A DNA stretch of 64,000 bases from an uncultured Acetobacteraceae bacterium (GCA_964242325.1 CAXTCI010000003.1:216-64215); one strand, 5' to 3'; numbered from the stretch's first letter, positions 44,566-52,994 are shown. The notes: a model not told the origin generated them from the letters alone. Numbers and translations are program-made.

Positions 44566-45482
44566 CAGATTTTCCGGCTCAGCAGGCGTGCCTCCATCAT
44601 CAGCGCGGCGGCAAGCAATGGCAGCGGCTCCCGGTGCGGCAGGATCAGGCCGACCTCATGGGTTGCATCCGGCTCGGTAATCGGGATGCGGCGCAGCCGG
44701 GGCGTCAGCGCCAGCGTGTCCGCGACCCGCTCGGGCAGGATCGTGGCCCACTGTCCCGTCAGCACATGCGCCAGCAGGGTGACCTGCGAGTTGCTTTCCA
44801 GCGTCGCACGCGGCTCCACCCCGGCACTGCGCATCAGTTGATCCATGATGCGCCGGTTCTGCATGTCCGGCGTCAGCAGGCACAGGCGCACCCGGCTGAG
44901 TTCGGCCCATGTCACGCTGTCACGGCCGCCCAGTGCGCTATTCGCCGAGGTCACGAAGCGGTAGCGCTCGGTGTAGAGCGGGATGGCCTGCACCCGGCCC
45001 AAGCCTTCATTGTCGAGGTAGGTGATGCCGGCGTCCACCTCCAGGTCGTCCAGCATGCGCAGCACGGCGTCGGACGTGCAGGACAGGATGGTGAACTGCA
45101 ACGCCGGATGCCGGGCCAGGCACGGGCCCGTCAGGTGCGGGACCATCGCCAGCGCCGTGGGGATCACCGCGATCCGCAGGTGCCCGGACAGGCCGGTTCG
45201 CATGGCCTGCAGCTCCTGCCGCATGGCGGCGGCGTCGCCGACCAGGCGCCTGGCCCAGTCCAGCACCCGCTCGCCTTCCGGCGTCAGCCCGTGATAGCGG
45301 GAACTGCGGCGGACCAGCATGACGCCCAGCTCGTCTTCTAATTGCTTGATGCCGGCGGACAGCGTCGGTTGCGCCACGCCGCACGCCTCGGCCGCCCGCC
45401 GGAAGCTGCGGTCGCGCGCCACCGCGATGAGGTAGGCGAGCTTGTCGATCACTGCCTGGGGTAAAGCAGCCCGGAGCGGCAT
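44565..45482 (-). CDS. LysR-family transcriptional regulator (fds-linked)
   Basis: DKLAYLIAVARDRSFRRAAEACGVAQPTLSAGIKQLE HTH. Start trimmed to ATG 45482. Confidence 0.85.
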   Translation of the reverse strand: MPLRAALPQAVIDKLAYLIAVARDRSFRRAAEACGVAQPTLSAGIKQLEDELGVMLVRRSSRYHGLTPEGERVLDWARRLVGDAAAMRQELQAMRTGLSGHLRIAVIPTALAMVPHLTGPCLARHPALQFTILSCTSDAVLRMLDDLEVDAGITYLDNEGLGRVQAIPLYTERYRFVTSANSALGGRDSVTWAELSRVRLCLLTPDMQNRRIMDQLMRSAGVEPRATLESNSQVTLLAHVLTGQWATILPERVADTLALTPRLRRIPITEPDATHEVGLILPHREPLPLLAAALMMEARLLSRKI

Positions 45483-45589
45483 CCTGCAAGCCCGCACCTA
45501 CTGAGCAGGCTCGCGCGGCCCTGCCGCTTGTTGCCGTTGAGGCCCAACGCCGATAGGTGTCGTCGGATATAACGGCTTCGAGGTCCGCA

Positions 45590-45898
45590 ATGCGCCGCCG
45601 CTTCCTGCTGTTTGCCTGGGCCTTCGCCGGGTCGCCGTTCGTGGCCCGTGCGCAGGAGGTAACGGCGATGGCCGCCTCCAGCCTGACGGACAGCATGTGG
45701 GAACCGGGGGCCATCCACAGCCACGCGGCGCCGCGTTTCGCCTTCGCCGCGTCGTCCGTCCTCGCCTGGCAGGTCGAACACGTGGTTCCCACCGGCATCG
45801 TCGCCTCCGCCAACGAGCCGCGGGCGCTGCTCGCCTTCCTGACCCGGCCGGAGGCGCCGCCGGCCCGCTGCAAGCTGGGATGCTCCATCCGCCGATGA
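45590..45898 (+). pseudogene. modA: Molybdate-binding protein remnant with a large in-frame internal deletion
   Basis: 102-aa ORF. It retains the signal peptide, EVTAMAASSLTDSM (cf. ModA ITVFAAASLTNAM), FAFAASSVLAWQVE..VASAN (cf. SFASSGTLARQIE..ISAD) and a C-terminal RALLAFLTRPEA. The roughly 140 central residues of a normal ModA are missing. Confidence 0.6.
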
Positions 45899-45905
45899 CG
45901 CGGGA

Positions 45906-46610
45906 TTGTTGACCCTCCTCGATTGGCTGACGCCTGACGAGTGGCAGGCCGTCCGGCTTAGCCTCGTGGTGGCCGGGCGCAGCGTGCTGTTCGGGCTGCC
46001 GCTTGCGATACTGGCGGCGCTCGCCATCGCGCGGGGACGGTTCCCGGGCCGGGCACTGCTGGACGCCGTGGTCCACCTGCCGCTGGTGCTGCCGCCGGTC
46101 GTCGTCGGCTGGGGGCTGCTGCTGCTGTTCGGCGTGCGCGGGCCGGTGGGCGCCTGGCTGCAGCACTGGTTCGGCGTGCGCCTGGTGTTCACCACCGCCG
46201 GCGCGGCGTTGGCGACAGGGGTGATGGCGTTCCCGCTCATGGTGCGCGCGATCCGCCTGTCGCTGGAGGGCGTTGACCCTGGACTGGAGGCGGCGGCGCG
46301 GACCTTGGGTGCAGGGCCGGTGGACCGGTTCGTGACCGTGACCCTGCCGCTGATGGCGCCGGGCATCCTGGCGGGCGCGGTGGTCGCGTTTGCCGCCGGC
46401 TTGGGCGAGTTCGGCGCCGTCATCACCTTCGCCAGCAGCATCCCCGGGCAGACCCAAACCCTGCCGCTGGCGATCTACGCCGCGACGCAGGCGCCCGGCG
46501 GCGAGGCGACAGCGGCCAAGCTGTCCCTGGTCTCGTTCACCCTGGCCATCGCCGGGCTGCTGCTGTCCGAGGTGATCGCACGCCGGATGCGTCGGCTGCT
46601 GGGCATGTAG
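45906..46610 (+). CDS. modB: Molybdate ABC transporter permease
   Basis: 234 aa with the EAA loop LEGVDPGLEAAARTLGAGPVDRFVTVTLPL. TTG start. Confidence 0.9.
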   Translation: MLTLLDWLTPDEWQAVRLSLVVAGRSVLFGLPLAILAALAIARGRFPGRALLDAVVHLPLVLPPVVVGWGLLLLFGVRGPVGAWLQHWFGVRLVFTTAGAALATGVMAFPLMVRAIRLSLEGVDPGLEAAARTLGAGPVDRFVTVTLPLMAPGILAGAVVAFAAGLGEFGAVITFASSIPGQTQTLPLAIYAATQAPGGEATAAKLSLVSFTLAIAGLLLSEVIARRMRRLLGM

Positions 46611-46643
46611 CGTTACAGATTACGGCCCGGCCCGGCTGCCCGG

Positions 46644-47362
46644 CTAGCCCGTCTGGTGCGCCAAGAACGCCGCCCGGTCGGATGGGCGTTCGATGTACTG
46701 GGCAAGCTGGGTCCAAAACTCGCTGGGCAAGGCCGACCGTGCCAGCGCGCGCATCGCCAGCACACGGGCGATCGGGCCGATGTGCCGGGTCAACTCGGTC
46801 TGGGCGTGCAGGATCACGTCGGGCGGGACGACCGACGGCTGCGGCCCGGCGTGCCGTCAAGGACCCGCCCAGCCCGGCAGTAGCCAGTCCGGCAGTAGCC
46901 AGCCCGGTACGGCGCCCCGCCTGCCCGCAGTCCCGCAGCGCCGCCGTCCGGAACTCCTCCCGCTCCGCCGCCGAGGCGATGTTGCGAGCCAGGGTGTCGC
47001 ACAGCGCGTCCATCGTCACCGCCGTCCTTGCGGCGCTGCTGACCAGGCGGAAGGCAATCGGCCCCATGTGATGCGCCAGCCGGCGCTGCAGGGTGGACAG
47101 CACCTCCGGGTCCAGCGCCAGGTCTGCTGACGACAATTCGGACGGCGGCCCTCACCAGCACCACCGTCCCGTCTCCGGCGGCGTCACTGTCTTGGAGTCG
47201 GCGCAGCGCCTCCATCATCGCCGCAGCCGAGGCGAACCTTTCGGCAGGACACTTCGCCACCTTGCGCGGAAGGATCGGGTCCCAGCCTTCATAGACCGTG
47301 CCAATGGCGCCACGCCCGATGGTCGAGCGTATCTCATACTTGCCGAGGGTGGCGCCTTCCAT
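46644..47362 (-). pseudogene. Ser/Thr protein kinase remnant (catalytic core deleted, frameshifted C-terminal repeats)
   Basis: GGAGGAG plus ATG 47362. MEGATLGKYEIRSTIGRGAIGTVYEGWDPILPRKVA (Gly-rich loop) is fused directly to KCPAERFASAAAMMEALRRL (kinase-domain end). Two copies of a (L/V)..L...L..HIGPIA..L domain follow in different frames. TAG at 46644. Confidence 0.6.
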
Positions 47363-47517
47363 GCTGCTCCTCCGTAGCCGGCCGTCGCGGGTGCGGGAGC
47401 AAGGCGTGCGGCAAAGGCCCTGCAGGCCTTGCAATAGTTACGTTATCTTATCGCTCCCTCGAAGTGAAGCAGGTCAAACTTTCGACCACGCAACGGTTGC
47501 CGCGGAATCATTCATCG

Positions 47518-47545
47518 TTGATATGCGGTGCAGCTTTGCTACACT
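47518..47545 (+). promoter_or_regulatory. Sigma70-like promoter for the DUF4399 genes
   Basis: TTGATA, 16 nt, then TACACT, about 30 nt upstream of ATG 47576, in a locally lower-GC stretch. Sequence match only. Confidence 0.4.
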
Positions 47546-47575
47546 CTCGAAACATCAAGCCCAGGGGATGTTGCG

Positions 47576-48007
47576 ATGGCACTTCGAACGCTGGTCTGGG
47601 CTGCATGCGGGCTGGTATTGCTGACCGGTCTTGCCGTTGCCGAGCCCAAGCCGATGCCTGCAGACGCCAGGGCATACTTCATATGGCCCGGCGACGGCCA
47701 GGTCATCAGCGGCGGCAAGTTCTGGGTCCGCATGGGTTTGAGCGGTGCCGGCGTGGCGCCTGCTGGCGTGGAGATAGCGAACACCGGCCACCACCACCTG
47801 CTGGTGGACACGCCCCTGCCTGACGATATGACAACGCCGATCCCGAACGACCGCAACCACCTGCATTTCGGAACGGGGCAGACCGAGGTGCAGTTGGACC
47901 TGCCGCCGGGCAAGCACACCTTGCAGATGCTGGTCGGGGACGCCCAGCACATGCCCAATAATCCGCCGCTCTTCTCCAAGAAGATCACGATCACAGTCGT
48001 ACAGTAG
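47576..48007 (+). CDS. DUF4399-domain secreted protein
   Basis: Signal peptide MALRTLVWAACGLVLLTGLAVA. Motifs NTGHHHLLVD, NHLHFG and PPGKHTLQ. Confidence 0.8.
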   Translation: MALRTLVWAACGLVLLTGLAVAEPKPMPADARAYFIWPGDGQVISGGKFWVRMGLSGAGVAPAGVEIANTGHHHLLVDTPLPDDMTTPIPNDRNHLHFGTGQTEVQLDLPPGKHTLQMLVGDAQHMPNNPPLFSKKITITVVQ

Positions 48008-48026
48008 CAAGCGGAGCACCCACGCC

Positions 48027-48638
48027 ATGACCTTGACCAAGAAGCGGCTGTTGCGGGCGGCAGTCCCGCTTGCCTGCCTGGTGGCTGGTCCGGCGCTCGC
48101 GCAGGCCCCCGCTCAAACAACGCCCGCTCAAACAACCCCGGCTCAAACGACGCCCGCTCAAACAATGCCCGCTCAAGCAACACCTGAGCAGACGGCTCCC
48201 ACCGCTGCCGATGCGCATGACATGGGCATGGCGGCTGCCGCGATCCGGACGCCCGCGCCTGCAGGCGCCTACAATTACATTGGGTGGCCGCAGGACGGGA
48301 CCGTGGTGCACTCGACACGCTTCAAGGTGTGGTTCGGCGCCCGCAACATCGGCGTGGCGCCTGCGGGCGTGAAGGTCGCGAACACCGGCCACCATCACCT
48401 CTTGATTGATGTGCCCCTGCCGGAGGACATGACGGTGCCGATCCCGAACGACCGCAACCACCTGCATTTCGGCGCCGGCCAGACTGAGACCATGCTGGAG
48501 CTGCCGCCGGGCAAGCACACCCTGCAGCTCCTGATGGGCGATGCGGCCCATGTGCCGCATGATCCACCGATTTATTCTCCCAAGATCACCATCCTGGTCA
48601 GGCCTGGCCCGGCGGCGCGGACGGCGGCGGCCCAGTGA
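48027..48638 (+). CDS. DUF4399-domain secreted protein, paralogue with a PAQTT-repeat linker
   Basis: Signal peptide, then an (A/P)AQTTP repeat, then the same NTGHHHLLID / NHLHFG / PPGKHTLQ core as the upstream gene. Confidence 0.8.
   Translation: MTLTKKRLLRAAVPLACLVAGPALAQAPAQTTPAQTTPAQTTPAQTMPAQATPEQTAPTAADAHDMGMAAAAIRTPAPAGAYNYIGWPQDGTVVHSTRFKVWFGARNIGVAPAGVKVANTGHHHLLIDVPLPEDMTVPIPNDRNHLHFGAGQTETMLELPPGKHTLQLLMGDAAHVPHDPPIYSPKITILVRPGPAARTAAAQ
48111..48185 (+). repeat. 15-bp coding tandem repeat, 5 units (GCTCAAACAACGCCC-like)
   Basis: Units start at 48111, 48126, 48141, 48156 and 48171 with 1-4 mismatches. They encode AQTTP x5. Confidence 0.9.
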
Positions 48639-48702
48639 TGCAGCGGCTGCCGCAAGATCGCGCTGGGTTCGGGCGCAAGGCGAGGCGAGGGGAAGCAGCC
48701 TG

Positions 48703-49971
48703 ATGCCTGGCTTTGTCATTGCGGTGCTGCTCTGCACCGGAGCAAGTTGCGACATGGTCCCCGTGGAGGCCGGCGTGTCGTATGCCAGCGAAAACGACTG
48801 CGCCGCCGCGCTGGCCGCACGCGGCAAGCCGCTGGGCGACGCGGCCGCAGCCCGCCGCCAAGGTGCCCATGCCGTCGAGACCGTATGCATGCAGCAGGCT
48901 CAACCGATCACCAAGGTCGAGGACCGCTATTATGTCCTGGAAACGGTGATCGTCCATACTGGCCCGAGCGCAGAATCGGGATATGTCGGCGTCGTCGAGG
49001 GCGGGCAGCGCACGCTGGTCACCGGCCTGGTCGATGGCACGAACTGGGTCCGCGTACTCCTTGCCGACGGAAACACCGGCTTCGTGTATGGCGACCACCT
49101 GCGCCAGATCGGGAGCCGCGCGCCGGCCCCGCAGGTATCCCCTCCGGCCACCCAGGCTGCTGCGAACGCTCCGGCTCCCACAGCGCCGCCGCCGTCAGCC
49201 CCCGTCCCGCCAGCCCCGGCCCCGCCAGCCCCCGTCCCACCGGCTGCCGCTGCACGGGTTCCAGCCCCAGCCATCCCCATCATGGTGCCGATCCCGGGTG
49301 GCAGCTTCGCGATGGGGTCGAACTTGGATGCGAGCGAGCGTCCGATACGCCGTGTTGCGATGCCTGCCTTCGCCCTTGGAAAGTTCGTCGTGACGGCCGC
49401 GGAATGGGGCGCGTGCGCAGCCGCCGGAGGATGCGCCTACAAGCCGGCGCAGGCAGAAACGGACCCGGAGCACAGGCCGATGACCAACCTGAGCTGGGAC
49501 GATGCCGCCCAATACGTTCAATGGCTGCGCCAGACTACCGGCAAGCCTTACCGGCTGCCGAGCGAAGCGGAATGGGAATACGCTGCGCGCGCCGGTTCCA
49601 CCACGCGCTATAGCTGGGGAGATCAGGTCGGAACTGGGCAGGCCGACTGCGAGGGCTGCGGTGGTCCGCACAACCCGCGCGCCCCGGCCAATGTGTCGGC
49701 GTTTTCTGCAAACGCCTGGGGCCTGTTTGGCATGCAAGGCGGCGTCGCGCAGTGGGTGGATGACTGCTGGCACTCCACTTACCAGGGCGCCCCGTCAGAC
49801 GGGTCTGCATGGCGGACGCCAAACTGCCCGCGGCACGTGCTGCGCGGGGGATCATGGAAGAACCCGCCTCCCGACGTTACTGTGTCAGGACGCAACTTCT
49901 ACGACTCCGGGGTACGCTACCTGGCGAATGGGATGCGCGTCGCGCTCACGACTCAGGACGGAAGACCGTAG
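48703..49971 (+). CDS. SH3b-domain / Pro-rich linker / formylglycine-generating-enzyme (FGE-sulfatase) domain protein
   Basis: Start trimmed to ATG 48703. SH3b-like YYVLETVIVHTGP..WVRVLLADGNTGFVYGDHL, then a PAPxPP linker. FGE-domain motifs RLPSEAEWEYAARAG, NAWGLFGMQGGVAQWVDD and LRGGSW. Confidence 0.8.
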   Translation: MPGFVIAVLLCTGASCDMVPVEAGVSYASENDCAAALAARGKPLGDAAAARRQGAHAVETVCMQQAQPITKVEDRYYVLETVIVHTGPSAESGYVGVVEGGQRTLVTGLVDGTNWVRVLLADGNTGFVYGDHLRQIGSRAPAPQVSPPATQAAANAPAPTAPPPSAPVPPAPAPPAPVPPAAAARVPAPAIPIMVPIPGGSFAMGSNLDASERPIRRVAMPAFALGKFVVTAAEWGACAAAGGCAYKPAQAETDPEHRPMTNLSWDDAAQYVQWLRQTTGKPYRLPSEAEWEYAARAGSTTRYSWGDQVGTGQADCEGCGGPHNPRAPANVSAFSANAWGLFGMQGGVAQWVDDCWHSTYQGAPSDGSAWRTPNCPRHVLRGGSWKNPPPDVTVSGRNFYDSGVRYLANGMRVALTTQDGRP

Positions 49972-50244
49972 AAAGGCCTTTCTGCGAACCAGGATGCTGG
50001 CCTGATATCGTGGATCGGGGCCGGCTATCGAGCCGTGGCATAGATAGGGGATGCCGCAGGTGGCATCGCTGGCTCCATTGTCGTCACGTTGCGAGGGCGG
50101 TTCGCCAGGACGGTTTCCTGCACCCGGCAGAACCTCCGGCAGCCGCCTGCTGGAACTCGCCGGGGTCGACGAAGCCCTGTGCGATCTGCTCGGCCGACGC
50201 GCCGGACCTGAGCGCCCGCTGCCGCCCGTTGATCCACGCCGCGG

Positions 50245-50322
50245 CTCAACCGTGCAAGACGCGGAAGTAGAGCCAGACGGCGGGGCTGATGACCTCAGCC
50301 GGAGAACGATAGCATCCCGGTA
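50245..50322 (-). mobile_element. IS6-family transposase N-terminal scrap (degraded)
   Basis: Minus-strand translation PGCYRSPAEVISPAVWLYFRVLHG* resembles the RGYRFPAEII..AIWLYLRF N-terminus of alphaproteobacterial IS6 transposases. The downstream sequence to about 49990 shows only faint multi-frame traces. No terminal repeats identified. Confidence 0.3.
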
Positions 50323-50706
50323 ACGACAGCCGGCGTAGCTGGGCAGCCAGGCTTTGTCATCCCGTCCGCCTTATCAGCTCGCCCCCATCGCGCAAGCCGG
50401 CCAGCGGCCAGGCTTACGGCGTCCTGAACCGCATGCCTGTGCTTGGCCGCCCAAGCTGCCCCCGCGTCGCAGAACCTCGGACAGTAGAGGCGGCGTGCCC
50501 GCGCCCTTGATCTCCGCACCACGCCGGCTCACGGCCCAAATGGATCAGATCCGACGCCGCGCTTTGGGGGGTTAACGAAAAATATACCTGCCTGCGCAAT
50601 AAAATATAACGGCTCTGAACGCGGCATCAACGGTTCGGTACGGCATAACCAGCAGCTTGAATAGGCCGCTGGCGGAACGCATCCGTCAGAATAGGAATTT
50701 CCTGCA

Positions 50707-52356
50707 ATGAGCTTGTCGTCATCGCCTTGCCGCGAGACGCCGTGGCCACTCCGCCGACCGATCCAGTTCGGCGGCACGCTCGGCTTGGTCGTATGCATCT
50801 GCCTGGTGTTGCTGGCTACCGCGGCGCGCGACCTGTGGCGCGTCTACGAGAACAACATCGAGCAGAGCCAGGTCACCACCGCAACGGCCACCCGCCTGGT
50901 CGCCGAGCAGGCGGACACGACCATGCAGACCGCCGACACGATCGTCGCAAGCCTGGTCGAGCGTGTCGAGGCCGAAGGGGTCGGCCCGGACGCACGCAAT
51001 CGGCTATACCGTTTGATGACATCGCTTGCGGCCGCCCTGCCGGCGATCCACGAAATGGGCATTACCGACCGGAACGGAATCGCGATCGTCAAGTCGCTCG
51101 TGCCCAATCCAATCGGGCTGGACTACAGTGAGCGCGGCTACTTCAAGTTCCACGCCAGTCATCCCGATCGCGGGCCATTCATTGGCGCGCGCATCAAGAG
51201 CAAGATCGACGGTTCCTACAATGTGACCGTCACGCGACGCTTGAACGAACCTGACGGCAGCTTTGCCGGCGTTGTCGTCACGAGCGTCTCGATGCAGGCG
51301 TTCCAGCGCCTGTTCGACCAGATGCAGGCTCGATCCGGAGGGGTGATCGCGTTGCTGTCCGAGGACGGGACCATCCTGGCCCGCAGCCCGCCCCTACCCG
51401 GCGACGGGGCGTCGCCGGCCGGAGCGGATCTGCAACAGCTCTTGACCAGGCAACCCGGCCCCTCGCCATTTGCCAACGTATCCGGAATCGACGGCGTGCG
51501 GCGGCTGGGCTCCTATCAGCATCTGGATCGCTTTCCGCTGACCGTGCTGGTGTCACAATCCGGATGGGACGTGCAGCGCAGCTGGCGTCAGGAACTGCTC
51601 TCACAACTGTCCATCCTGATGTGCATGACGGCTGTCCTGATCGTGTTTGGGCGCCGCGAGCTGAAATCCAAGCGGATGCTGAGCGCGCAGGCGATGCAGG
51701 ACGGCCTCACCGGTCTCGCCAATCGCCGGCGTTTCGATGAGCAGATCGAGCGCGAGTTCAAGCGTGCGGCGCGGAGCGGGCAGCCGGTGTCGCTGGTCGT
51801 CATCGATCTCGACCACTTCAAGGCCTATAACGACCATTTTGGCCACCTGGGCGGCGACGAGTGTTTGCGGACCACGGCTCGGGCCATCCACGCCTTCACG
51901 CGCCGCGCCGGCGACCTGGCCGCCCGGATCGGCGGGGAGGAGTTCGCGATCCTGCTGCCCGGCTCGGACGCCGCCACCGCGAAAGCGATTGCCGAAGGGG
52001 TCCGGATGGCTGTGCACGGGCTTGCGCTGCCGCACGCCCCCACCGTCGGCGGCATGGTTACCTTGAGCGCCGGTGTAGCTACCGCAATGCCGTCCCGCGA
52101 TGCGCAGAGCACCCACGCCCTGATCGCGCTCGCCGATGCGGCGCTTTACGCGGGCAAGGTGCAGGGCCGCAACGCCGTGGTGGTCGCCGGCGCGGGGCGG
52201 GAGCATGAGAACGCCGTGGGTTACCCGCGACGGGGCAGGCCCGGTGACAGCATGCTGGCCGGGACGCACCTGCAGCATGTCGCCACCCGTGCCGCGCTGC
52301 CAACATGCCAACCTGATTGCCATGTTGAACAAGAGCGTGTAGTAGGTTGTTCTTAA
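50707..52356 (+). CDS. Diguanylate cyclase (GGDEF) with an N-terminal TM-flanked Cache-like sensor region
   Basis: GGEEF active site (RIGGEEFAILLPG), DGLTGLANRR, and a periplasmic segment with YSERGYFKF between two hydrophobic helices. Confidence 0.85.
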   Translation: MSLSSSPCRETPWPLRRPIQFGGTLGLVVCICLVLLATAARDLWRVYENNIEQSQVTTATATRLVAEQADTTMQTADTIVASLVERVEAEGVGPDARNRLYRLMTSLAAALPAIHEMGITDRNGIAIVKSLVPNPIGLDYSERGYFKFHASHPDRGPFIGARIKSKIDGSYNVTVTRRLNEPDGSFAGVVVTSVSMQAFQRLFDQMQARSGGVIALLSEDGTILARSPPLPGDGASPAGADLQQLLTRQPGPSPFANVSGIDGVRRLGSYQHLDRFPLTVLVSQSGWDVQRSWRQELLSQLSILMCMTAVLIVFGRRELKSKRMLSAQAMQDGLTGLANRRRFDEQIEREFKRAARSGQPVSLVVIDLDHFKAYNDHFGHLGGDECLRTTARAIHAFTRRAGDLAARIGGEEFAILLPGSDAATAKAIAEGVRMAVHGLALPHAPTVGGMVTLSAGVATAMPSRDAQSTHALIALADAALYAGKVQGRNAVVVAGAGREHENAVGYPRRGRPGDSMLAGTHLQHVATRAALPTCQPDCHVEQERVVGCS

Positions 52357-52432
52357 ATCTAATAAGCTTCAGATCGGCTTGGACTTCGCTCACACGAGAG
52401 GGCTGTTTGCGCGCTTCGCGTGCAGCCTTGAA

Positions 52433-52700
52433 TTATGCCTCCGCATATATCTTGGCATAGGGGGCCAAGTCGCGTTCGTCCTCCCAAAGGTTGCGCCAAA
52501 TGCCGAGCATGCCTTCGAGCGGCTGGCCCACAACCTGCGACGAGAAGACCCGAAGGTAATCGGCCCGTTATAGCCGGCCTTGACGAGCACGCGGAACACG
52601 CCCGCAAGGTCAATCGAACCGGCGTCCGACCGCCGTGCTCGCGAACGGTCCCCTCATGCTGCAGCCGGGCTTTACCTAGGGGACTTGGGTCCGCTGTTGC
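52433..52700 (-). pseudogene. Xylose-isomerase-like TIM-barrel (sugar phosphate isomerase/epimerase) C-terminal remnant, frameshifted
   Basis: Minus-strand fragments in different frames: GSIDLAGVFRVLVKAGYNGPITF and, downstream, WRNLWEDERDLAPYAKIYAEA*. No intact N-terminal part. Confidence 0.35.
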
Positions 52701-52994
52701 CAATGGGCGCGTTTAACGCGCTGTTCCCAGCAAAGCGGCGCCGGCGAGCCTGCCGGCGGCGGCCCCGTTGGGAACGACACCGACGACCTCGCTGCGTCCC
52801 CGCATCTTACCGTCAGGCCGAGGCTGCACATCCATGCCGTGCCGCTTGGTTCTGTGAATGCTCAAAATCAGTTCGAACGGGGGCTTGCGCGGCCAGCAAG
52901 GCTTGGCGCACGCTCAAGATGGCAGCGGCACGCCCCGGCATCGTCCGGCGCGCCGCTCGAACCAGGCCGGAACGGCCGGACAAGGGAGGAAGGG

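Noticed and set aside
48111-48185. Regular 15-bp repeats considered as a possible CRISPR or other array
   Set aside because: The units are contiguous with no spacers and lie in frame inside a coding sequence, where they encode AQTTP x5. This is a coding tandem repeat, not a CRISPR array. No cas genes are present anywhere in the window.
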